Shown: positions 41,376-54,800 of the stretch, one piece after another
How the letters are laid out: each line of letters starts with the position of its first letter
Position numbering within the stretch: position 1 is the stretch's first letter
Source of the DNA: Saccostrea cucullata
Taxonomy: Eukaryota
DNA: 64,000 nt
Direction: 5' to 3'
Assembly (NCBI RefSeq): GCF_032062105.1
Contig: NW_026927632.1
Location: 248,001 to 312,000 of the forward strand
The notes under the pieces: generated by a model
Told to the model about the DNA's origin: nothing
Seen by the model: the letters and a program-made list of their open reading frames with translations, nothing else
Databases searched by the model: none
Translations under genes and position numbers: made by a program

Positions 41376-42500
41376 TGTAACCGGGTTTTTCCCAAATAAT
41401 GATAAGGAAAATCAGTTCTGGATGTGGGTTCTTTTTAATATGTGAAAGTATAATTATAGATGGATAACAACCCTACAAAACATGTAAACATAATAAATAT
41501 TTCATAACATTAACATAGGTTACCGTATATACTTAATCACAAATTATTTCATTAGCATAAAATCTATATTTACAATCACTTCATGAATATTATCAAAGGG
41601 AAATAACTCTTATTTCACCATATTTAACCATATGCATATAAGTTCAAGTAAATTCATATAATTTACCAAAAATATTTACAGTTCTCAAAATAAGTAATAA
41701 TATAAATAGATACCAAGTTGTGGACCTAGGCTGTCCTCGAATAAATAATCTGGGTGTCACATCTACCTTTCCAAACCATATCTGACCTATATTATAAAAC
41801 ATATGGTTGTATTGACTAAATCTTATAATATACTAGTATACAATAATTACATATTCCTAAGGTCAGATTTCATCATAAAAGATATTTCATATATATTAGT
41901 GTAACTTAAAATCAGATCTTTAGATTTATATTCATTTAAACCATTTACTATATGATTTTACACATTTTCCATTAACTCATCAAATACTATATTTCATTCA
42001 TACTCATTCATTCAACCAAGCAAAGTGTTAGTAAAAGAAAATAAAGAACTTACTGTAAGCAGGTCTAATGTCCAGTCACAAAAGAATTATATATATATCA
42101 AACTAAATGTATATCAGACAATATATCCCAGCACTCTGGCTTATGGCTGGAATTAAAATTTAAAATAACAAAAGAAAACTCACTAAGGAATTTGACCCTC
42201 AATGACCTACCAATAAAAACTCTGCAAAACAAGAATAGCCAATCGACTACGCTTGACCTAAACTGGTTCTCCTGAAAACTACCTGAATGAATTAAAGAGT
42301 TCTAACTAAGAAAAGATAACTCTAAACATAAAATAAGTACTACCATGCAGTGTCTGAAGTAAGTTTTGTAAATGTAATTATCAAATGGAATTTAAGTTTA
42401 AATTCATATTTATTTATTTATGGCAGTAAGTTTGCTTATTAACTCATTTTATGTTTAATTTATTCACAGTTTAAAATATAACAAATAACCCATTATTACA
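41376..42500. mobile_element. Probable solo LTR (Gypsy-type) or other TGT...ACA element
   Basis: Starts TGTAAC and ends TTACA; 4-bp TSD TTGC (41372-41375 and 42501-42504); no ORF; interrupts a copy of the short element also seen at 36871-36952. Confidence 0.6.
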
Positions 42501-42504
42501 TTGC

Positions 42505-43032
42505 TGTAAGCAGTTTTAGCCCCACCCTACCCCAGGGTTCATGATTTGAACAAACTTGAATGTACACTACCTGAAGATGATTTATCATGAGTTTCATCTT
42601 TCCTGTCCCTATGGATCCTCAGAAAAATTTAAGATTTTTAAAGATTTTTCCTATATATTCCTATGTAAAACTTTGATCGGCCGTTCTGGCCCCACCCTAC
42701 CCCGGGGGGTCATGATTTGAACAAACGTGAATGTACACTATCTGAGGATGATTCAACATGAGTTTCATCTTTCCTGTCCCAATGGATCTTGAGAAGAAAA
42801 TTTTTAAAGATTTTTCCTAGTATATATTCTTATGTAAAACTTTGATCGGCCATTGTGGCCCCACCCTACCCCCGGGGGTCATGATTTGAACAAACGTGAG
42901 TGTACACTACCTGAGGATGATTGAACATGAGTTTCATCTTTCCTGGCCCAGTGGTTCTTGGGAAGATTTTTTAAGAATGCCATTAATTTTTCACTAATTC
43001 ATAATTATCTCATAATTATCTCCTCTTGGAAG

Positions 43033-43082
<50 letters not shown>

Positions 43083-43184
43083 ACTTTATAGCAAGTTTAG
43101 TTGAAACTGGTCCGGTGGTTCTTGAGAGGAAGATGAAAATGTGAAACGTTTACAACAACAAAACCGACGACGACGACAGCGACA

Positions 43185-43226
<42 letters not shown>

Positions 43227-43246
43227 TGGCTCAGGTGAGCTAAAAA
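42505..43246. mobile_element. Helentron-derived HINE carrying a Cg170-like ~170-bp satellite
   Basis: About 3 units of CCCACCCTACCCC..GGTCATGATTTGAACAAAC..ACACTACCTGAGGATG, then a GACGAC microsatellite and the terminal hairpin AGCTCACTTGAGCCTTTGGCTCAGGTGAGCTAAAA typical of oyster HINEs. Confidence 0.8.
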
Positions 43247-43289
43247 GTTTTGTCACGATGAACACACATGTAAAGGGTCTGTGTAACAT

Positions 43290-44110
43290 TTAACAATTCA
43301 AATTTCTAAAATGATTTTGAGTTTTAGAATGTTAATATATTAGTTCAAATTTCTAACTTTCAAAAACTCAAACTGATTTGGTATATTGAAATTTAATATT
43401 TTAGTTCAAAAATCTGAATTTTCAAATTTCCAAACAACTTTGAAAATTTTAAGTTTTCAGATTTTTATCTTAAATATTTAAAATTCAAATTTCTAAAAAC
43501 AAAGTTTGCATTTTAAACTTTTAAATTTTTAATCTACCGTTTGTTCAGAAAGTTTACGGTTAACAATCTAAAATTCAGTAACTTTTTTCGTCTTCCGATT
43601 TCTCAAATTTATCTTCAAACTTCCAACTTTCAAACGTTTTAGATTTTTAGAAATTTAGAATTTTGATTCAAACACTCAACTATTAAAAAACCAAAACACT
43701 TTTTTACATTTTGATTTTTTAGAAGTTTATTTCAAATATGCAAAATATCAAATTGCAAACCTTGTTTAAATTTTGAAACTATTTCAAAAACTCGTTTGGT
43801 TTTGCAAAAGAGGTTTTAAATATTTAGAATATTGAACTGATATTCAAAATTCAAATCGGGTTTGGAAATTGATATTTTGGATATTTAAAGTAAAAATCTA
43901 ACCCTCAGTGTTTTAGATATTTGAAATTTGAATGTTTGAATCAAAATAACAAATTTAAAAAAAAACCGAAAACGTTTTGAAAGTTGAAATTTAAAAGTTT
44001 TAAGTAAATCTTAAATAATTTTACGAAAAATGTTACTGAACTTTAGATTGTTAAGATTAAACTTTCTGAACAAACGGTAGAATAAAAAGTCAAACGTTTA
44101 AAGCCGCTTG
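43290..44110. repeat. AT-rich foldback/inverted repeat region, partly repeated directly at 46655-46800
   Basis: TCTACCGTTTGTTCAGAAAGTTTA..AACAATCTAAA (43533-43582) is inverted at 44032-44080; 43319-43440 matches 46661-46790 directly. Confidence 0.55.
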
Positions 44111-47100
44111 GTCCGATTCTGATCGCTAAAAATATATATTCGATTTTCTTCTTGAAAAATAATTGTCCATAAATTGTTTCAACTTTTGTCAAGTTATATT
44201 CCCAAAGTCCTTTTCTTTTAAAAGATATCAAAATTCAAAAGTTAAAAAAATAATTTTTGTTAGGCCACACAAAAAATAATGCTATGTTGATCATTGTTGA
44301 TATCACCTTCGAAAAATTGAATTTATCGCTTACATGTTTATCTCATGAAGAACACACCCGAACATTTTTTTCACAACAAAGTACATATATTACCTGTACA
44401 CGGATAATATTTAAGCTCCTTTAAAAAAATCATTTAAAATATCTGATTTTCCTTTATTCTTTAAATATGCATATTAATATAAAAATTACTATGGATTATA
44501 TTCAATTAATTTCTTAATTTTGAAAAGATGTATTATGACTAAGGCTTCTAATAATAGAGAAAAAAATACTCGGGTTTGAATTATCTTCATTATTAGATAT
44601 ATCCGATAAACTTATTTTTTTCAAAATTGACTTCACAACAGATCTTAAAGCTATATATGCCGTATTAGTGTTATTTTAAAAGTAATAAATATATGTGGTG
44701 TCTCATCAAGTTATATAAGTTATATACTTTCTGCAAGTAAGACAATTCCACTCCATCACCTTTAAAAGGTATGAAATATTATTTGGTAAAAATTATTTTC
44801 TCTCCGTGTCGGATAAAAAACCGCCTCTTATTGAAATATTCATGATAACGTTGTCTCGCATGTTTACAGCAAACAATGGTCCAATCTCGTGAATGAACCG
44901 AAAAGCATGACGGTCTACTACGTTTTTACTACAAACACATGAGTTAGGGATAGTCAATATTGAGAGCACCTCAGAGTTGGTTGCTTTTTGTACCGAGGAA
45001 TAATCACGTGCAATTGTCTTTTCAATGGACATTTTCGGTTGGGTGAACTTCTACAGATGTCAGCAACTATGGATAAAGAAGTGTGGAAACCATGTTGTGC
45101 CAAAATGAAATAACTAATACAAACAAATGATATAATTTGATCAATCAAAATGGTTATTAGATGCATTCGATTCTGCATTTCTTAATGGTTCAAAACAACA
45201 AAAAGTATTCCACAGAATATCATGTATACATCTGCACAATATACCGAATGCCAAAACCAGAATACTACTAAATAATATAATTATATTCTTTACATATGAA
45301 CCACAGTATTTCTGACCCCTTGAAAATAATATAAAAAATCTTGCAGGTAGGTTATCAGCATTGGTTCGGGATAATTCGAAAGTGAAATTTGGAGTTTGGC
45401 AGTAAATTGTAGTGAATGAATAAAATTTAGTAGTGAAAGATATTGGAACCTATTTTACTTGTCAGATTTCTTCTAGGTAGTTGATTTTTATTCTAACTGT
45501 TCTATCCCCCCACCCACTTTAAAAAAAAAAACCGATGCTACCTACCTGAATTAATTTTTCTTAATGGTGTTCATCGAAATGCTTGGTTGTGCCCTCAAAC
45601 TGGAATAGTTTTTAGAGGCCTGGAATTCCTTGACCAATTTTATTTTATTAGCCCAACTATATTTCTAAGAAGGCAAGATGTATAGTATGTAAGTTTCATC
45701 TACATATGTTATGTGGTTCATATTAAAAAACCAAAAGGGATAATTGACGATATCCCATTCAGGGTGTAAACATAGCAGTTTAAATTACTTTCCATACATA
45801 GTACTTGACATAAAATATTTTTTGCGCATAATGCGCTCCACACTGAGGATCCGTAAATGTTCACCCAACCGAAAATGTCCACTAGCAGTACAGCACGGGG
45901 AAACTCTAAATAAACGGATCTGTACAATGGAGTGGGGAAAACTTTAATTTTCATCATTAATAATCATTTGTATGCAAATATGAGCATGGGATTAGTAGAT
46001 AATAATGTACATAATGCATCAAGTCTTTCTGAGAGCGATTTAAAAAACTAGCCTTTTTGAAAAACACATGTAGTATTTTATGTAGTAACCCATAAATGCA
46101 TTAAATGCAACTCATTGAGCTGATTGGTCTATTTGTGTCCCTCACTGAACAGACGTCACAAAAATATTTTCCTCGACCTGATGATTCTCGCGATGCTTTT
46201 CCCGCGCACATGCGCAGATCCAGGATAAACGTCAGTCCTTTATAATATGCATTAGAATATCGTGTTCTTTTCCTGACCAGTACTTTGTTAATACCGAATA
46301 AAATTTCGTCGAATTTGCAAGAATGCTTCATTTTTGGTAGCTTATCATACTCCAGAAATTTTTGTTCGGTTTCACCTGTGCAAAAATACTGTTTAACACG
46401 GCAAACATATCTTTAACTTCCGTCAGGAACTACTGTTTGTCAATAAGGTTTTTGATCTGCGTTTTCCATGTAAGGATTGTTGTAATAAACTATTAAATCA
46501 ATCTTATAATTTATTTTTATATATTATCTATGTAATGACGTACTTTTATTGAGTAGGATAATATGTGCCTGTTTCGGGTTAAGCGGCTTTAAAATACAAA
46601 AATTGTTTTTGGAAATTTGAATTTTGAACATTTAGGTCAGTGTAACACTTAGAATGTTTAGAGTTTTAGAATGTTTATGTATTAGTTCAAATTTCTAAAT
46701 TAAGTTTCAAAAACTCAAACTGATTTGGTATATTGAAACTTAATATTTAAGTTCAAAAATCTAAATTTTCAAATTTCCAAACAGGTTTTAGAATTTTAAA
46801 TTTTTTTTTTTAGATTTTTACCTAAGGTTAAAGATTTCGTGGACACCAGGCAAACTTTTTTAGACAGAGAGACGGATGGACAGCACAAAAACTATATACC
46901 CTCGAATCTTCGAATACGGAGCATAAAAAAATGCAGAACTTATTTTTTTTTTATCCTGACTTCAATTTTTCGGCTGCATTTCATTTTTTGAAATTTGCTA
47001 TATTTCATTTTCGACATTTTTAAAATTTTTTATTTCCGAATTTTTCAAGTTGTACTTTTCGGCAATTAAAGCAAAATTGAAGACTAGACATAGCAAAAAT

Positions 47101-48649
47101 TAAAAGAACCATCGAAATCAAAATAATGAGTTTTGTTCACCTATCACTGGAGCGAATGTATAGAATAGAGAATTTTTAGCCGGGCTTATTGCTCAAAGAG
47201 CAATTGCCGGCTTATGTGATCCTGTTCAAGGCAGGATGTTAACCCCATAGTCGCCATTTTAAAGTTACGTGCAAAAATATAGTTCTTACTCTCAACCGCT
47301 TTTGAGATAATACAAACGTTAAATAAAGCACAAAAATAAAACGAAGTTTTATCTATATGAAATAAACATTAGTAGTAATGACTTTGAAAACTTCATAACT
47401 CAAAGAACATAGTTCATTAGCGTAAGGATTTTTGATAATCAGTGTTACCGTAGTTCTCTACACATACGAAGTAAAGCAGGAGAGGGAACCAGACTGGCCT
47501 GTTTGTTTACATTCAGCTGCGGTACCAGATTAATTCTGATTCTGACAAAATCGGACCGTGGTATTAGGATTGAAAAACTCACTGTCAGTGTCTTATCATT
47601 TATATTGATAGTTTTAAAATAATTTTTTCATCAGAATATAAACGTGATTCATATAAGAAATCAATTCTACTCTGTAAATGAGCCCGGCTCTCTGTACTTC
47701 TGAGTACTTTGATTTTTCTTCTCCTGGTGAGGCACTTTGAAGTGTTATGGATTTCTGCTCATCTAGATTTCCTTTTCAAATGTTCATTTTAAATAAGAAA
47801 TCAGATTTATTAGGAGGTATATTTTAAAAATGTTTGAAATAAATTCCTTTTCCATCTCCTTGATCAACATAAAATTGTCGGAGAGGTATATCGTGCAAAA
47901 ATTTCGGAAATGAAAAAATCCGAAGAAATGTCGGAAATGAAAAAAAATATGGTCGGAAATGAAATTTAAAAAAAAAATGTCGGTACTGCAATACAAAATT
48001 CCGGAAATGAAATGCAGCAACTTTTTTTGCAGACTGCGATGTTGTAATGAATTTAGATAGGGTTTGAAAATTAACCCGTGGTTCTTTTTTAGTGAAATAA
48101 ATTGTTAAATGAGAAATATTGAACCTGGGTAGCTTTTTAACGTTGAAAATTGAGATTGATATAAAATGGTAAGCTTATGTAAATAAATATAATACATGTA
48201 CGAAAGCCGGGTAGGCTAACGAGATAACTACTGGGTAACTCGTTATAACGAGTTAAAAAAAAAATCTTCTCAGAAATGTGCCTATCCGGCTTTCATACGT
48301 AGTTTTAAACAGTATTACAACTGAAAAATCCTAAATTTTAAGCTTAAATGTGCCTTTAAAAAAAAAAATCATAATCTCTATTTCCTGCATGAATTAACGT
48401 TCTGTTCTGACGGGGTAGACTAATTAGATATAAGACATGGAATACATAGATTTCAACAACCTATTTATAAAAAAAAAATGATAAATTGTTTTGATAAATG
48501 GATAGTTTGTTATAAATAATTTATTATAAAAAGAAATTAGTCAAAGATACTGAGCGGTATTTGAGCTTTTGAACAGTTTTTCTTTACAAATCCATTCGAG
48601 TTACGTCCCGTGTCGCGCACCTGCTCATCTAGCTCACACGGGCGTTTGT

Positions 48650-48735
48650 ATCTAATATAAACAACCGTGACAGAAAGACGATCTCGATTTTGTTTACACC
48701 GGAGGTTATAAGAGATAGGTCGTTGCTAACGTTTA
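48650..48735 (+). promoter_or_regulatory. Putative motile-cilia-type promoter (forkhead and RFX half-sites)
   Basis: ATAAACAA (~48657) and TGTTTAC (48691) forkhead/FOXJ1-like sites and a GTTGCTA RFX half-site (~48722), in a CpG-containing stretch just upstream of the ATG at 48815. Confidence 0.35.
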
Positions 48736-48814
48736 AACGTGGATATTGGGGATGAAACAGTGACTGTCAGTTGTCTTTTTTCTCACGCTGACGTTTGAAT
48801 AACAATCAAGAATA

Positions 48815-51800
48815 ATGTATCAGAGGGTAGGGCGACCAGATCCCGGCCTTATAGCCACGGCCAACGCTGTCCAAACGGAGATTAAAGACCTCATGCAGAG
48901 TGGACAGTACTACTGTACCAATGAACTGGCGAACGAGCTGACGAGGATCAACAATGCCGTGGATCATCTTAAACTGGACGGGAATATCATGTCCACTTCG
49001 GACAGTTTTAAGAGGTTTTATGATCCTCGTACAGGCGTCCCCGAGGGTGTCAGTAAGTTTGTTTCTTTTGTTTAAAATATTACCATAAATATTTAGAAAA
49101 CACGCACTAAAACGACATTTGCTTATAAACATTCCAAAAGTCAGTTTTATTTTTAATGACTATTGGAATATAATTTCAATAGGAGAAGATGCAATTTAAG
49201 TTTTGCTTTGAATGACCAAGACTCAGTATGCCATCATATAGATGTATACCCTTTTGATTATACTACATGTATTTAGTAAATTATATAAATTTATTCCGCT
49301 TATATAATTCAGGACCAGCAGACAATCTGGCCAATGCAGCAGGGTACATCAAGGACCTCAAATCCCGACTCCACGTCAACTCGTTACGAGACAAACAAGA
49401 GAACCAGGTGCGAGAGCTTCACCAGTGGGGGGTGGACAACCTCCGGGGGATCCAACAGGTGAGTTATTGCTACCTGTCAGTTAGTGCTACAGGTGAAAGA
49501 TGTTATATGTGTATTTGGCCATTCCAAGTTTTTTCTTTGTTTAGCATCCGTCCTAAATTCGAAGATAACTTTTTAAAATCTGTGTTTGTTTTTAATTCCA
49601 TGACCTCTAAACCAGTCTGTCTAGGGATGTGCTAAACATAGAAAATAATTCAGAATGGCCAGTCCTTAACATATTTAGTAGAAGAGTCAAATATAATTTC
49701 TGGAAACAAGTGTTACCAGAATTTTAAGTGTTAGAAGAAAAGACATACACTTAAATTGTAAAACATGAAAATTCTCTGTAATGGTATATACTTTACAAGA
49801 CATTTTGGTAATTATTAAAGCTACATGTACATGTTTTTGACTTATGACCAAATAAGGTTATATGTACTGTCATTTCCTTCAACTTGAAGGCAAAATGTAT
49901 GATAAAACTTAAGATACCTCATAATGTAATTATAAAAGAGAATCTAACTTGAATTCCAGTGATTCTTGGTCCAATATAAGGTAACAGTTCCCTCTTGTGC
50001 ACAAGAGAACACTGATGACACAAGTTTTGAGATGCAGCACTGAGAATGTTTTGACAGCTTTATTTTAAGTGATTGTTAACAATATTGCTACAATGTCTAG
50101 TTAGCATCACAAGATTGAACTATGCACAGATTTCTCTTTGTAAGAACATTACAAGTCAGCTCCAAATGTTGAATTTACGTTGTATCATGTTTTGTATTTC
50201 GCTCTTCATAATACTGGTTAAGTGCTAATTAGTACATGCGCATACAATTTGAAAATACAAATAATGAATTCTTGCCAAGTGAAACAAAACTTAAGATTTT
50301 TTTCTGCAGAATGTTTCTGATTTTTGCTGTGATCACAAATATTTTGATAATATGCCATAAAATTCTTGAACTTAAATCTTCTTCCAAGGAGGATCTAAAT
50401 TAGCTTTCTTGTATCATATTATCTACAGGTAGTTGCCTTATCAAGCTTTAGAGGCCAAGCAAGAGTCCAGAACAGAGGGAATGCTTTGAAGTCAGTTGTT
50501 GCAACTTTGATGTGTGCAATGTTGTTGATCGATTGCAAAGTTGATACATGTACCTTATAAATCATATCTTAACACTCAACTTGCAGAATCTTGGTATATA
50601 AGTTAGGACTAATTTGGCTCCATTTGCAATTTTTTTTTCATTAAATTCATATGTTTATATAGTAGCTAATGTACAAGTGTTTTTCTCTCAATGTTGTAAT
50701 TAAACAATGTTGCAATTGATATACATGTTTACCCATATAAAATTTGGGAACACTTTCCAACTGTGTACTATTTGAAATCTTCTCTTTTTTCCATTTTTTT
50801 TTAAAAATAAGTATAATCCATTCACTAGCTGCATTATTGGGCATGATTTTTTAAATTTTATTTTATGCTCTTGAATTTATAGCTTTAGTGCCAACAGTAA
50901 TGTTATGGTTTTAAATCTTTCCTGGCTTTTTTATGGCCAGTAAAAGTGTGAAGTGATGTATTTGATAACTGATAAACTCCCTGATATTGATTTATAAGAG
51001 GGACATAAACATAATATCTTCAAGCAGCATTACCCTACAAGGCCTACATCCTCGTGCATCTCTATTACTGACTGAAGAGTTTATTCCCCTTGACATACTA
51101 TAGAAACTTATTTACAAAATTTACACCAGAGCTATATTATTTGTGGATTTCTTAACAACTTTGAAAAATAGTATATAAATACAATAACACCACCTTTTAA
51201 AACCTTTAAAAAATGAATTTGAAAGAGTCTTTGTGAATCCCATCAGCAAGGGATAATAGATATAAAAAGTTTTAGAATAGAAAAGCTGTTTTTTTAAAAA
51301 AAGTATTGAAATGCATATATTTCTGGAGTGAATGATTTTATTTGCTATATATTAAGGGTTTTAATTCCTTGACAGGCCTTGGACACTTCCACTTACAATG
51401 CTGCAGACCGCATCCGACAGTTTGGAGATTTTGTGGGAGTTACGGACAGATATACAGGTTACCGTAACAACCTGACCCGTGGGTCAAGGGAACCGGTCAG
51501 AATGGAACCAAAGTGGGTCGATAAGAGCCAGCGTACTGAGTACATAAACACACTCAACTCACGCAGGCCTTGGACAGGTTTGTAGTCTATCAATTTTATT
51601 ACATGTACCGGTACACTAATCTTGGATCCTATTTAGTAGTCTAATATAGCACCCTAGAATTACCATAGTCTCAGAATTGTTTGTTTTCATGTAGCCTTTT
51701 TAAAAAATCTCACCTTGTTTATGGAATGCTTTTTTTTAGGAAATATTTGTTAGAGATTCATTTGTTTATCTATTTATTACATAATTATAGCTTAATTTAT

Positions 51801-54800
51801 TCAAAAACAATTTTTATTGAGAAGAGGGGGGTGAGGGGTTAGAAATTTACAATGATGTCAGACCAGGGATAAGGTGCATTGTGTTTAAGGCTGTTACTTC
51901 TTTCAAAATTAAAAACTCATGTGAAAAGTCTTTAACTCATATGAAAAGTCTTTAACTCATATGAAAAGTTTTCTTTGTTTTTAGCAAAAAGAATTGGCTA
52001 AAAGTTTACCCCTTCTTCATCTCTTGTCAATTCAAATTGAATCCAAGACTTTTAAAGAAGCCTTAAATTACAGCTATTGTGAATATACATGTACTGTAGA
52101 TGATGGTCATATATTACGTTCAGTTTGGAATTCTCCCCATGCATTTTAAAATTAAATGGGAAAAAAATGTGATGATAATAATGTTGATTTATTCATGTTA
52201 AATTAATAGTACATGAAATTTCAGGTGAAGCAAATGGTAATAAATTGTGAAAGAACCGAAGTAACTGTTTTGTTTTGCAGTGATTAAAATTGATAAATGT
52301 AATATCATTCTTAATCTACATTTTACTCAAATATGAACATTCTGTTGAATTATTTTTATTCATTATTTTGTTCATATATTTCATATATACATACTACTTA
52401 TATTCTAAAAATTTCTCTGCTCTAGTTCCTTATCACCAACAAATGTTGGTCTAACTGTATGTAACAGTGCAGTTATCTGACAGTCTTCTTACAGAATAAC
52501 TTAGATAGTTTAGATATTCTATACATTGTTGCAGCCAGGTATTTGAAAGTGGGAAGTGGGGGGGGGGACTGATAAGAAAAAATATTGACAAGTAAAAACT
52601 GCTATAATAAAATAACTTTTCTTTCTAACTTCAATAAATGTTTTGTATAGAAAACAAAATTCATTGACAAGAAATATTCTATCCGTAGATTTAAATACTC
52701 CATTTATTATCATGATTATACATCATACTACATTGCTGTGACACAAAAAAGATAAACGACAAAACGTATGTACAGGACCGGCATTTTATTGAATGGACAA
52801 GCTAGCAGCTAAGGGGAGGAACTAAACGTTTGGAATTTGTTTGGAATGGCTTTTGGTGATGGGTCAAAAACTGAATGTACGATCATAATACTAGTAATAA
52901 TTACATGTAAAACTTCTGAACTACGTATACTTCGTAAAATTAAACGTAGACTTTTACTTAAAATCAGACTGAACGCAAAAATATACAGTATTTAGAACAC
53001 ATAAATTAAATCATTTATATCACCCGTCTTTTAGTTTTGCATAAATATCTCTACCAAACTTAACACAGATGTTATACAAGTGATGGAATATATTGATTGG
53101 TTGTATTGTTTTACACCCCTCTCGAGAATTTTGTCACTCATATGGAGACGCCACAGAGAGCTACAAATTTTACTTGGCACGTAGGGCCATTGAGCAGTGA
53201 GGGTTTTTTTCGTCCCAGCACCTACTGCGACACGGAACCTCGGTTTATATACGGTCTCTTCCGAAGGACCTGTCTCCACGTCCCACAGTGGGATTCGAAT
53301 CGTAAGGATCGAAGTAAGGATCAACTCCTTACTTCACGACTCTAGAGCATACGCTCTAACCAATGCACCACGCGGGCGAAAGTTGTGGAATAGAATTATC
53401 TCATGAAAATTTAAAATTATATATTTTTTACACTCTTCTTCTTCTATTTACAAAATAAAGTGACTTGCATGTAATTTTTATTAATCTCATCATTTTTTTC
53501 TTTATTGTAATTAAGATATTATTGATTTGTATTTCCCTAGCCTTCGAGCCTAGGACTACGTCCTCCGTGTATTATGGGGAACCCTCTGAAGTCCTCCAGA
53601 GTCGAGTCAGATTCGGCTGCACACTTCCGGCCAAACGCAACATCAGAGGTTAGTATATAGTTTAAAAGCAAGTCAGATTTAGTTCCAAGTTAGATTTATA
53701 GTGCACACTGTTGGCCAACAGAGGTTAGTACATTGTCATCCGAGTCCTGCGGCCAAACGCAACATCAGTAGTTAGTGTATAGTCAGCAAAGTCAGATTTG
53801 GGTGTACACCGCCGGCTAAACGCAACTTCAAAGGTTAGTATATAGTTAGCAAAGTCAGATTTGGGTGCACACCGCCGGCTAAACGCAACTTTAGAGGTTA
53901 ATATATAGTTAGCAAAGTCAGATTTGGGTGCACACTGCCGGCTAAACGCATCTTCAGAGGTTAGTACATAGTTAGCAATTTAAGTCAGATTTGGGTGCAC
54001 ACCGCCGGCTAAACAGCAGAGGTTAGCATATAGTCATCAAAGTGCACATTGCCGGCTAAACTTAACATCAGTAGTTAGTATATAGTCAGCAAAGTCAGAT
54101 TCGGGTGCACAGCAACATCAGAGGTTGGTATACTAGTATTGTCATATGCGTTTTCCCTACAATCCTTGATATCACTATACTATGGTTGTAAAGGGGGGGG
54201 GGCAACCATCCTATCATTGAACATTTACTATAGTAAAGGTTATGTTGGGGGAAAAAGTGGGGGGCCAGGCCCTCCCCCCGGTTGCTACGTCCCTGTAGAT
54301 TTAGATGCACACTGCAACGCAAACACAACAACCATACTTAGTATATTGTCAAACGAGTCTTATAGGAATATAACACCTGTATAGATCTCTTTATGGTTTG
54401 TAGGAGCGTACATCGTCCAAAATATTTAGTCATAATCTATAAGTTAGAACTTTCACTTTTGTTCCATTTTGTAACACTTCTAATCAAGACTTATTAGTCA
54501 CTTCTGAAAATAACACTTTACCTCGCTTCAAACCAAGTTTGAAGTAAATAAACTTTGAATTGGTCTATCGTGAACTTCCATATTCATGGATATAAAGTGG
54601 ATAGATAAACACAGTTTGTAAATAGTTCCATCCAGCTACACTTATCATACAACTATTTAAACATATCTTAAATTCTCATTTATATCTAGTGACAATCAAT
54701 CAGATATATATACATTCTGCACTTAAGTGTATAACTCATGCAAAGATTAAATCCATTTTAATATCGAGAAAAAACTAAATTAAAACACATTCATAGCAAA

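Noticed and set aside
53230-53378. Possible tRNA gene (also 59190-59286)
   Set aside because: A and B boxes are present but attached to a SINE core and tail, with a TSD at the second copy; these are SINE heads, not tRNAs.
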